This document shows, piece by piece, positions 1 to 11,780 of a stretch of 64,000 bases of DNA. The notes below the pieces were generated by a model. It made no database searches. It was given only the letters and a program-made list of their open reading frames with translations, and had not been told where the DNA came from. Source of the DNA: Podarcis tiliguerta (lineage: Eukaryota); assembly GCA_965153285.1 (NCBI GenBank), contig OZ229112.1; one strand, 5' to 3'. Positions within the stretch are counted from its first letter, which is position 1; every line of letters starts with the position of its first letter. Position numbers and translations under genes: made by a program.

Positions 1-1229
1 GGGATTCTCCCAACCCTGCTAGATCCATTTGAGGGGTAAGGGAGGAAAGCCCCACTGGCAAGCAGAAGTCAAGTAGGGCTTCCACTGATGGGGCTAGAAT
101 GGCCTATTGGTCTGATCCAGCCACTTTCTTCTTGGGTTCTTGTCCCTCCCCGCAAACTTCTACAAGTTTAAATATTCATAATAACATTTTATCTTGGGTT
201 TTTTGAACTCTTGCAGTCCATCAGTTGATTTTATGAGAAGCAATAGATACCCATTTATATGCTAAAAGAAAACCATATTGTTTTATTCACCCTAGGACAG
301 AAACTAATCTAAAACTCACTGAATCCCTTAATATCCTAAAGCCATTCCCTTTGTTCCTGGGTGGTATTTCTTCCAAGCATACGTACCTATTGGATTGAAA
401 GCAAAAATTCCCACTAACGTGTTTTATAAGGGTTTGGAATTGACTTTTAACATGTGGCGGCTTGTCCAGTTACTGATTAGGAAGTGCTACTTGTATATAG
501 TTAAACCTGTATGAATAAGGATTGTGGTGTAATTCCAATTTACAGGCCACTTTTTTGCATAACCATATTCTTTTGAAATAGGTAGCAACTAAAAATAGCA
601 ACTTCATGTCCTCATCAAGTATCAAGATCTACTTTTTTAATCACCTCTCACCATAAAAGTAGTTGAAGAATGAGGCCATTATTTTAATGGTGTCTGTAAT
701 GCAGCAGCTGATCGTGGGGTGGAGTGGAGGTGCTTACCTGACCACCTGGCAGCTGGGTTGCGGCTGCTTACGAGGAGGGGTGCACAGAGTCATTCCAGCA
801 GACTTGTTGGTGCATTTACACTATGCCTCACCACGGCATTATACTACAAGATCTGCTTTCACTGACTCCTACTAAGCAGCACAGACTGTCAATGGCACGG
901 CTGATATGAGGCAAGATGCTTTATTTGTGCCCTCAGATAATAAACCAGTGAAAAATCACACAAAAAGAAGCCAATGTGAGACTTCAGTTAGCTTTCACTT
1001 ACATCAAAGAACAAAGCAAGGAAATGTTGCAGATGAAGACTTTATAAATGGCAAAACTACTGTTTGCCAGGTTTCTGTTTCATCTAGGAAGACCAAAGGA
1101 AGGAGAGCTTTCCAATAGGCTTTCTAAACATACATTTCTCTCAACTAAGCACTTTTAAATGTATAAATGGGTGAGTAAGTGTTGTTTTTTCTGCTCTTTG
1201 ACAATATTCTTTTGCACATTTCTTCCCAG

Positions 1230-1351
1230 GTTCTGAGTGGATCATCTCTTCAGAGTTACCCAGCTGCAGGCTTTCAGGATTTCAACAATTGGGAATCCCT
1301 GATGAAAATCAAAGAAGGATTGCTAAGGCAAAAAGAGATTGTGATTGATCG
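1230..1351 (+). CDS. CEP85L: CEP85L coding exon (first in window; probably human exon 4 equivalent)
   Basis: TTCCCAG|GTT acceptor and CG|GTGAGT donor; 122 nt encoding [40 protein letters not shown](R), recognised as the CEP85L '[16 protein letters not shown]' segment. Confidence 0.95.
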
Positions 1352-1452
1352 GTGAGTAAACTCTATCTTACCTCCAGTTGCTTAGAGGTTGCCTTGTAAA
1401 TTGGTTGAGTGTCCCAGAGACTGATTTCCAAAAATGATTATGTGCCCCCCCA

Positions 1453-1478
1453 CAAACAAACAAACAAACAAACAAACA
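1453..1478. repeat. (CAAA)n microsatellite
   Basis: Direct reading. Confidence 0.95.
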
Positions 1479-1794
1479 TGAAAGATGAGTACAAGGGTTT
1501 GACATCAAATTTCACAAATAGCTGAACAGTAGAAATGGCCAGGAGAAGGATTGAAAAAACATCAGGTATCATCATGTTAATCAGTGGTACCAGGTATAGT
1601 TCTGGAATTATAAAGCTGCCTTTTATTGTCAGATGGTTGGTTCGTCTTGCCTCTGACTGTTCTCCAGGGTTGCTTTTCCCAAGCACTGCTGCCGGTCTTG
1701 TTTGACTGAGATACCAGGGATTGACTCTGGGATCTTTCATATACAAAGCATTAAGATATAGAACTTCTGGGTATCACACTTAAAAAAAGATATC

Positions 1795-1990
1795 ATAGAG
1801 TTAGACATGGTAGAGAAAGGGACAGGGGTTTGAGTACCTTCCATATGAGGGAAAGCTGAAATGTTTGTGGACTTTTAATTATAACAAAAGAACAATTTGG
1901 GAAGGAAACCTTTTGGAAGTTCATAAATAATGAATAGTGTTGAGAAAGAGAAACACTATTCCCTCTTCGTATAAGAAAATTCAGCACATA
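1795..1990 (+). mobile_element. Decayed CR1 fragment
   Basis: GGTTTGAGTACCTTCCATATGAGGGAAAGCTGAA resembles the CR1 'GLEHLPYEERLK' region. Confidence 0.45.
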
Positions 1991-2370
1991 AAACACAATT
2001 GATTTATGGCATTCTTGAGTCACGGAGAATTGATGAAACCGTTGTATTTGTCTCAGGAGTATTGCTTAATTGGGAATCTAACAGACAAAACAGAGTTAAC
2101 AGGTGCACCCATGCTAGAGTTTACAGATTTCAGTGTGAGCAGGATGCAAAATTAGGAATGAGTCTCAAGTTTTTTACATTATGAATCAGTTACATACTGT
2201 GTATTACATTCAAGTGCATGGAACCCCATATAGTAATTGTGAATACCATACAGTACCATACAAGAGCCTCAAATTTTCTAGTAAGTAATCAAATCTTGAT
2301 ATGTTGACAGCATTTCCTGTTTAATATTCTTCTCCAGCTCTGTGGCTCTCAGCAGTTGATGTATCTAGAG

Positions 2371-2764
2371 CAGAGATTTTCAACCTTTTTGAGTCCACAG
2401 CTCCCTTGACCAACTACATTCTTTCTGCGGTACCCCTGTGGGGCTCAGGAGCCCAGTTATGTTACCCCTTGCCTGCAGAGCTGGCAGCCTCTCAACCTCT
2501 TTCGAATGCTCAGCCTCCTCTCCACTCTCCTTGGGAGTCCTCTAGGAAGCTGCTGCTGCCGTCTCTGATCTCTGAGCTGCCCTCGCCCCAAAGAGCTTAT
2601 AGCCAGGGCTGCTGCAGTAAACAGCTGTGCAAGCCTTGGGGAGGCAGAGATGTGAGAGGAGGGAGGGAAGGAAGGAGGGACAGAGGCCAGTATTGCCTGC
2701 TGCACCCCTAACCATCATTCAAGGTACCCCAGGATGCAAACGGCACACTGATTGAAAACTACTG
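2371..2764. mobile_element. Non-autonomous hAT (Charlie-like) element, 394 bp
   Basis: Perfect 8-bp TSD ATCTAGAG (2363-2370 and 2765-2772); imperfect TIR CAGAGATTTTCAA / TTGAAAACTACTG. Confidence 0.88.
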
Positions 2765-3643
2765 ATCTAGAGGATTGATCTAGCATATTTGACATGAATA
2801 TGGTATCCTTGCAATTTGTGCTTTCAAAATTGATGGCAGTCCCATCTTTAACAGATCCTAACCTCATCAAGGTTTTCACAGATGTCACGAGAGCTCTTTC
2901 TAGGTAACAGAAACAAATTCAAAGTTTTTTTTTATTTGGTAATTCCCATTTTTGTGTGTACTTCTATTGCTAAAGTCATAGGGTGAGGCCTATTGCACAG
3001 CGTTGCTTATCAAAGGCTCACTAACCTCCTTGTGGACTTTTAACTTAATTTGTGTAAGAAATGTTTGATACTGATGCCAAACAAGTTGCAAATTATACTT
3101 AGATGTTATAGTGGAATGGGTCCCTTTTCCTTTGTAACCCCTCATGGTCCCTTGGAAGGGGGTGCTGGCCCTGTATAGCACTCATTGTAATGTGACAAGC
3201 TACAATAAGTGTGGTCATAAGTGCTATGAGCTTGCATAGGGGTCCCCAGCCCCTTCTCACTTGCCTCAACAAAAATGCAAAAAAAGAAGCACAAGTTAAT
3301 ACTGCTGGATTGTTATGTTGAGAATATGGAAACAATAAAGAGTTAGTCACATAGTAAAGGAATATGATTACCCCAGAAACTGCCAAAATAGGTAGGATTG
3401 AGTGGCAATTGAGCATATGCATTACTCAGAGAATTAACAATTGGTGGGTGGTATAAGAATGCTGTCAGTAAAATAAAATAAAATTCTTAACACTCCGGTC
3501 TGGTCATGTGTTTTGGTCCAGTGAAAGAGAGAGAGGTTCATGACTCTTTTGATGGATGAGTGAGCTCCTTTAAGAATATAGAGCTCACATTAATACTACG
3601 TTTTATTTTAGGGGTAGTCTAGTTACAGTTTTTATAATGCATC

Positions 3644-3687
<44 letters not shown>

Positions 3688-3699
3688 GAAAGAAAGAAA
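3644..3699. repeat. (AAAG)n microsatellite
   Basis: Direct reading, one interruption. Confidence 0.95.
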
Positions 3700-4478
3700 A
3701 CAAAACAGAATTTAACAAATGTGTAAGCATTTTACTCCCTTCTGTCTAAGCTAGAGAAGGGTTATTTCTTGTTTTGTTTCATTTTGCTGTACGTGACTTC
3801 TTTTGATTAGTTAAAAAATATTGAATACCACATGACTTCATTTTTAACACTAGAGGGAGCAATGGGTTCTTGTATGGTTTTAAGTATTATATTTGCTGCT
3901 TCACTGTATTGAAAGCATACACACATTACAACTATTGTCTTGTAACACTTGGGATTGTTCTGACCTTGATTGGCCATTGCATGCTATGCATTTCCAACGC
4001 CCGTGCTGGCTGGCAGTGTCGTTTGGCAAGGATTGCCTAGAATGGTAGTGTGAATAAATGCCAAATGCTAAACGTATGACATAACTCTCTGAAAATAATA
4101 GCACACTCATCAACAATTGCTACGTTCTTTTCTAAACAGCTTAGGGACACTCAAAGGGCTTTTAAGGGAAGGTAAATACAAAGCTTAGGATTTGAGGGAA
4201 GAGATCTCATTCCACAGGGTATCATGATGTTTGAAATCCTGAAACAGCTGCTGAATCTTTGGCTTAGTGCCACTATTAGAACTGTGGTTAACTAATAACT
4301 AATTCCCTAACCATTGAAATGGATACTTTTGGGGTCTCATGAACAAAATACTGTTTCATTACAAGGGTTAGAACCTTGTGCTGGGCATAACTTAATTCTG
4401 TACATGCCTACCCAGAAGTAAGTCTGATTTAAATTGCAGGTCAGATGGCAGCAAAATTGTTCAAAAGCAGGTATCTTT

Positions 4479-4529
4479 TATATATATATGCACACACACA
4501 CACACACACAGAGAGAGAGAAAGAGAGAG
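4479..4529. repeat. Compound (TA)n(CA)n(GA)n microsatellite
   Basis: Direct reading. Confidence 0.9.
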
Positions 4530-7444
4530 ATGCATTTTGCAAATGAAATAAAACACACATTGCTTTTTTCCCCCCCAGCCGTCTCAGGCTCAAGTAGCAC
4601 ATGCAAAGCAGGTATGCACTGCAACATTTTGTTGTGGTGTCCCAACTGTATCCTTAAAAGCCATGTAAGTTCATGGCCGTCACCATATTTAGGATTGTTA
4701 CAAGCTATGTGAAGAAATACTTTTGACAATCTACTTGAAATACCTGAAATGAACTAAAATTATGTTTTGTATTCCTGCTGTGCTAGTTGATGTAGAAAGA
4801 CTATGTGGGGGCTAAAATTAATTCTGATCATACAGCTGTCAAATATGGCCGGCTGAGTTCTTGAAGATGTGCCATTAGTGCATGCAAACTGCATGTATAA
4901 ACATGCTTTCTTTTATCATGCATTTCTTTTATCATGCATTTATCATGCAGTTGTAAAAGTTCTACATTAATAAGTCTATATAAAATGTTTCTGAACTGAC
5001 TCAAAATTAGATTCAAAACGGTTGAACTTTTACTGAACCATTTTTTTAAAAAAATGTTTGTGTCTGAGCTGAAACTAAACTGGAAAGTCTAAAAATGGTA
5101 ATGAAGCTAAACAGGAACTGAACATATGTTTAATTGTTTGGTTTTTGGGTTTATGGATACGGAGGGAATGTTAGTTCTTACACTAACATTTGAACAGTGT
5201 TATCTAAAGCATATCTAAAGCAAATTAAAAAATGGGGATATTTTCTGAGTGACTGCTTTGTCTCACAAAATCTGAGTCCCTTTAAAGCTTATTGTACTGT
5301 GTTTTATTTATTTAGCAGAATTTGTATACCACTTAATTTTACATAAAACTGATAAGTGGTTTGCAGTGGTTTACAAAGTAAAGTAAATCCCATGCTGTGG
5401 GTTACTAAAACAGGACTAGGTAAAAAGATATGGCAATGTGACAAATGGTTTTACAATTTAAATATTTTTAAATGTTTAGTTTTTCAGTGTCAATTTTCAT
5501 ACAGATAAGAAAAATATAGTTTTTCAAGAGGACAGAATACATACCACAATGACAATACATATTGTCAGCTCACTTGTTCAGTAAAAGTAAAAGTTCAGAA
5601 AAGTCTTGAAACATCTTACAATTTTAAAAATTCAATATAGAGTACAATATTAAACATGGATTCAATACAGAACTATATATTTATCTATCATTACTAAATT
5701 TTCTAAATTTCTTCCTCTCAGTTTGGCTTGTTATTTACACTATAAAAATGTTTCTTGACTTAAAAGTATAATCCTTTGCATTTGGATGCAAAGGACTGCA
5801 TCTAAGTCATACTCGGAACAGATCCACTAAAATACATGGTCTTAAGGCTCATTGGTTTCATTAAGTCTGCAACTTTGTCAGATACAAATATTACTCAAAG
5901 TGTAATATTGGCAGGAGTCAAGTATAACTTTTGGTGATGAGACCATATTATGGGGTGCAAAAGCTAGTTTAATTTAATAGTTTAATAGTTACAGAGATTG
6001 GTTGTTGCCACCTTACACACGTCTGAAGAAAGGAAAGAGAATCAAATGACCCAGTAAACATTCAGACCAGCGATACCCAACCAAGCATTTCGAAAGTTCA
6101 CAATTGCACCCATGCTGTTGTTACCAACTATTTAGAGAAGACTTCCCATCTATGGAGCATATGAGTTCAATATAGTATATAATTCAAAAAAGATGGTTTG
6201 TGTAAGAAGTAGTTTCTACTCTATAAGGGGTATGGAGGGTTAAATGGGAGAATGATCAAATGAAGAGGTGGAAAACTGGAGGTACCATTAGGATAGAAGA
6301 ATAGAAGCTGATAATTGGAGGAATGTAAGATAAAAAGAGAGGGGAAATACTGCAAATGTTGGAGAGAGAAAAAATATTGTTTTGAATGTTGCAGAATAAG
6401 GATTCCACTCTTGTATGTAGACTCAGTAAGCAGAGACTTGAGGTCTTACTATCTGTAATGTATTGGAAAATGTTAGAATTACCTGCAGACTGGCAGACAC
6501 CAGAGTATATAGTTTCCATTGCTGCACTCTGACTAGGCTTGTGAGATCACCGTGCTATCTTTTTTTAAAAGCAAAGCCCTATCATTGTGTGGTTATACAG
6601 TGGATTAATAGCAACAGCTGTTGGAGTAACAAAGGATTAAAGCAACCATACAACATTATCAGCAATGAAATGTACGTGGCACAAGGCCTTTTATTGTCAG
6701 ATAACTCCAGAGATTTATAGGATTATATGTATGGTAGGGAATGTTTTTGCAGTTCATTTTGGCATCCTTTCTGAATACTTTGACAACTTTTTAAAGCTCA
6801 TGTTAGATTTACTGTGAGAATTAATACTGTGAAATATAATTGCATAAGAAACAAATGAAACATTTTCGTTCTATTTTTTTGCAAGCAACTTTTAGTATAG
6901 TTATGTTAATATGTGCAGGTAACAGTTGGTTATGCAAATATTGCATTGAATTCACCTATAACAAAAAGAAATAGTCAAGTGTATTGAGCCACTGCATATT
7001 ACAGGGGATGGTTGAAGCCTTCACTGAATCAAACAGCTTTCTGTTGGTATATGGACACCGATTGTATACAGCCCATCATATAAGTGACAGATAGTCCCAG
7101 TCTTCAATTTAGAGTTCTAATAGCACTGTGAAGGCCTACAAGGCCTCCATTCACCTTAGGAGGAGCAGCAAGTGATCTGCTTCAGTTCACAAAGAGCTGC
7201 CAAATGCATTGAAGGGAATCAGGAGGTCCCCACAGTCAGGAATCTTCTATATCCACACTAGAGCTAATGTACCCATACCAGAATGTTGATTTTGTCATGG
7301 CAGTTTCACTTCCATAGCTAATACAAACAAAGTTGTGGAACAACTTTGAGATGAATTGACAAGAGGGTGAAAATGGAAATACTGGGAAGCATGATTCAAG
7401 TTTCATGTGTTCTTTGTTTCTGTTCTTTCTCTTATGAATTACAG

Positions 7445-7562
7445 GCAGAACCAGCAAATTAACCTTTTATATCAGAAAATAAGGGAGAATGAACTCCGAG
7501 CTCAGCAAGCAAGGCTCGGGCATATTGTGAATTGTGAAGACCCTTACATGAGTAGTTTCCAG
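7445..7562 (+). CDS. CEP85L: CEP85L coding exon
   Basis: TTACAG|G acceptor, CAG|GTACGA donor; 118 nt, phase matches previous exon; [39 protein letters not shown]. Confidence 0.95.
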
Positions 7563-8567
7563 GTACGAATTATTATTATTTTTAAATCATGAGGATAGTC
7601 TGCACACATCTGTTATTAAGAAAGGCACGCCCAGACTCATCTCATAGTAACTTGTATTACATTTGGAGAAATGCAAAAAAAGTTTTGCCTTCCAGACAAA
7701 TCAAATTATGGTTAAATACATAACCATATTGGAGCAGTCTTATATATTGATAATAGTTTTAAATCAATTCAGTGCATGTGTTGTTACTACCCCCTCGCAT
7801 TTCAAAACTAGTATCTCGTTACATTTTATAAGCTTGGAATTTAAAACACCTCAGATACAAAAGTGAAGAGATACGTATGAATGAAATAATTATTTGTGTT
7901 GCATCATGAAAGAATCTGAGCAGCTGTACTATTTCAGAATGTAGGTTAGAGGTTTTATTCTTGATGAACAATTTTGCCATTGGATAACCTTTTTGTCTAG
8001 ATTAGGCCTGAGCACTACAGTCTATAAAATGTTGAGAGCAGATATATGGTTTGAGAAAGCAACTATGACAAATTCCCCCCCATAAGGTTAAGTTCTGTGA
8101 AACTTCTTTCACTGTGTTTGGAGGGGAGGACTAAAGGTGGGAGGGAGTTGGCCTGACATGGTTTGTTGTACATGTTGAATTGCATACAAATGAACTGCCA
8201 AACTCATTTTCATTTTTGTTTCATGCTCAGATGCGTATTTTTTTATTTATAAAACTACTTATAGACCCCATCCCCTACATAAAATATCTGTGCGCTATAC
8301 AACAAAATATGCAAGTACAACAAAACATAAAATACCACAAAATACAAATAATATGCTGGGATATCAGCTGGAGATTGGATGTGTGCTAGAGCTCAATATT
8401 ACAAACAATAGGTTCTTTGTTGTTCACTTTTGTATGTTCATTACTTAAAACAATATAGCATTCAATATGTTGTACTCTTGCTGAGTTGGCCACTCTGATC
8501 CAGGTGAAATGTTTAGAACAGCATCTTCTCATCTATTCCCTTTCCCTCCTTTCCTTCTTCAAAGCAG

Positions 8568-8747
8568 CCTCAGTATGAGAGCACAGCGATGCAGGCGCAA
8601 TTTGCAGAGAGATCTGTGGCCCACTGTGAAAGGGACGAGCTGGAACGAAAGCTTGCAGCAGTGCAGAGTAAGGAGCTACAACTCAGTGAGTTTCTCAAAC
8701 AAATGGCAAACAAAGCCAATGAAGATAAAAAGAAGATGGAAGAAAAG
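8568..8747 (+). CDS. CEP85L: CEP85L coding exon
   Basis: Long pyrimidine tract then AAGCAG| acceptor, AAG|GTGGGT donor; 180 nt; PQYESTAMQAQFAERS...EDKKKMEEK (coiled coil). Confidence 0.93.
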
Positions 8748-8983
8748 GTGGGTCTTGCATTTTCCCAAATGGTTTTATTGCTGAGACAAGAACATATATT
8801 TCTCAGACAAGTTGGCTGTACTTAAGGCTTCAGAATGATCCATAGCATCTTTTTTTCTGTATGACTCACAGGGCTGATACTACCATTTTATACAGCTTTA
8901 TTCCTCTGGAGGGGAAACTTTTTTTTTACTGGAGCTGCACTGCATTATATTGGAGGATGGGACAGGGTGAATGTGTGTATTTA

Positions 8984-9829
8984 CCGTATTTTTCGCATCA
9001 TAGGACGCACTTTTTCCCCTTCAAAAATGAAGGAGAAATGTGTGTGCGTCCTATGCAGCGAAGACGCCATAGCCCCGCGACCCTCGCCCGGCTGGAGAGG
9101 TGACGCACGGCTATGGAAGGAGCCACTATAGCCGCCCGTCACCTCTCCAGCCGGGAGAGCGCGCACGGGGCTAAAGCAGCCCCCCGCGACCCTCTCCCAG
9201 CATCCCCCGCGACCCTCTCCCGGCTGGAGAGGTGACGGGCGGCTATAGCAGGAACCTCTATAGCCGCCCGTCACCTCTCCAGCCCGGGGAGCGCGCGCAG
9301 GGCTAAAGAAGCACCCCGCGACCCTCTCCCTGCTGGAGAGGTGACGGGCGGCTATAGCAGGAACCTCTATAGCCGCCCGTCACCTCTTCAGCTGGGAGAG
9401 CGTGTGTGGGGCTAAAGAAGCCATAGCCGCGCGACCCTCTCCCAGGTGGAGAAGTGACGTGCGACTATGGCAGCAGCCTCTCCGCTGCGCCTTTCCACTG
9501 CTCTCTGACCTGCTCTTTGGGGCTGGTGGTGGGCTTACCCCCGCCAACCCCATAGAGCAGGTTGAAAGGAACCTGAAGCCTGGAGAGCAAGAGGGGTCGG
9601 TGTGCACCAACCCCTCTCGCTCTCCAGGCTTCCAAGGTAGCCGCCTGAACGCACCTTAAACGGCACCTTGTTTTAGAGCGGGAAAACAAGAGGGGGAAAA
9701 TTCTCCCTCTCTCTGCGCAGCGCCTCCTGCCGCTTCGCTGAAGGGGCGCTGGGCAGAGAGGGGGAGAATTTTTTTTTCTTGTTCTCCCCCCTCTAAAACA
9801 AGGTGCGTCTTTTGGTGCGAAAAATACGG
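8984..9829 (+). mobile_element. Tc1/mariner-superfamily (Tc2/pogo-like) MITE, 846 bp, with GC-rich hairpin array
   Basis: TA flanks (8982-8983, 9830-9831); TIR CCGTATTTTTCGCA / TGCGAAAAATACGG; no transposase ORF. Confidence 0.9.
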
Positions 9830-10757
9830 TAATTTACTTGCACCTTAATCCCTCCAGTGTTACAATTGCTCTTAGTTTTTTAATTGTTAGAGCACAGAAA
9901 TCATAGAGACTGAGGAAAAGTACAATTTGAGAGATTTTAGATCAATGCCAATTGTAGTACATTTCACCTTATCTATTGGAGCCTCTTTCATGACCACACT
10001 AATACTAAAAAAGCCAAAATGGCAGCTAATGCAACAGCCTTTGGAACCAAGACTAGATCAGTTCTGTACATTATGAAAATGAAGCAGATAATTGCTAATG
10101 TTGTTCTCCCAAGCTGTGGAAGAAAAGGAGTTATGTAAGGCACAATCCCTCCCCCCAAAAAACCAACTTAAAAAAACAAAAACTTAAAAAAACCAGCTAT
10201 TATGAAATCTTCTGATGCATGTTAGTTTTGGATCACGTGCTGTTTGGATTAGGAGTATAGATTTGAAACTTTTCTTACATCTATGGCAGTCATACATCCA
10301 AGAAATAGGCCCATAGGGCATATTTTGAAGAAGTTTCTGAGCCTCATTAGTGACCATTATAATTCCTTAGTTCCTCCTTATTTATCCTCTCACTTCTATT
10401 CCTGGCTGAACCTCACTCCTGGAAAGGTATTTGTGTATGCATTCAAAGGCCATGCCTAGCATGGATATTTCACATGCGGCCTTGCTTATATAATGTGATA
10501 CAAGCTACAGAATATGGAAGCAAGTTTCAAACTCTCATAGTGACTAGTAACCAAAAGTCTACAAGACTTTTGCAGTAGCAAATGATTAACATGAGCAGGG
10601 CTTCCTTATCCTGTAGACATTTTCTCACAGAGGCTCTTGCTCACATTTCCACATATGGGGGGTGGGCACAAAAAAATGTGGTTGACTGCTGTATGTACAA
10701 GATACTGGCAGGGATTATGTGTGAAACTGCCCACGGGTCTAAAGCTCAAATCCATAC

Positions 10758-11190
10758 TGTCAGGGAACTGCCATCGGAGCAGGAGGAGGTGAGAGGGCTC
10801 CCGGATGATGGTGGAGAGGGTCCCAGTAGGAGGAGGGATAGCCCATACGCGGGGGAAGGAAATCAGCGCAACACCAGTGGAGAAGGGGAGGAGATAGAGG
10901 AAGCGGAGGGGTGGCTCCAGGACTCTTCGCAGGAGACCAGCAGAGAGGGGACAAGTGCTCCGTTGCCCACACCCACCTTGCGCAAAAAGCTTTCGTGCAG
11001 GCAACGGGGGAGGAGATTGGGCGTCAAGCAGCTTTTATGTTGGAAGCGGTTCAAGAAACACCCACTGACGGATTCTGCCAGCGACTGAGGCAGCCACGAG
11101 ATAGAGGCTGCTCTGTCAGAAAGGGTTCAACCATGCAAGCTAGCCATGAGTAAAGGCAACTTACGCACAAGCAATCCCTAGAACCATTGC
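10758..11190 (+). mobile_element. Possible LTR-retrotransposon (Gypsy-type LTR) fragment
   Basis: Abrupt GC/purine- and CpG-rich block starting TGTCAGGGAAC in an AT-rich intron; no clear CA end or TSD found. Confidence 0.45.
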
Positions 11191-11585
11191 ACATACAATC
11201 ACAGAAGCAAAATTTTTAATTGCTCTATTTTGGAAGAAAGAAAAAAGCAAACCAATCACTTGTGTTTATATATATGTTTTGTGGTTTCCAAACTGCTGGT
11301 TTAAATAAAGGAAAAGCATCTTTAGATAAACACACATCTAACTACTTTTAAACAGTAAAGAAATATTTAGCTATGGAAATAGTCAGCAAGAGCTCTTAGC
11401 TTTTAAAAAGATAAATGACCTATAACAATCCATTTATCTTTTAAATAAAAACAGTTCTACTCCCTGCTGAGAAAATAACTTTCAGAATCTGCTGAGTTTT
11501 AAGTATCAAATAAATCTTTCAAATTACCTTGTGCATATTTGATTCCGACCTCAAAGAATGAGATGCAATATTACTCTCTTTTTAG

Positions 11586-11780
<195 letters not shown>

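Noticed and set aside
1169-1180. Strong donor-like GG|GTGAGTAAGT before the 1230 exon
   Set aside because: Would leave only a 59-nt intron and follows an in-frame stop at 1116-1118; unlikely to be a coding donor
1-1229. Searched for the nested PLN coding sequence (MEKVQ...)
   Set aside because: Not seen on either strand; expected upstream of the window
6000-6460. Possible decayed L1-like fragment (similar impression at 12490-12900)
   Set aside because: No diagnostic motif recoverable by eye; needs RepeatMasker
9060-9480. Palindromic repeat array superficially like a CRISPR array or integron attC cassettes
   Set aside because: No unique spacers, no cas or integrase genes, vertebrate intron context, enclosed by transposon TIRs
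8861-9689. Several ORFs over the first MITE
   Set aside because: Same GC-rich repeat artefact; repetitive low-complexity peptides
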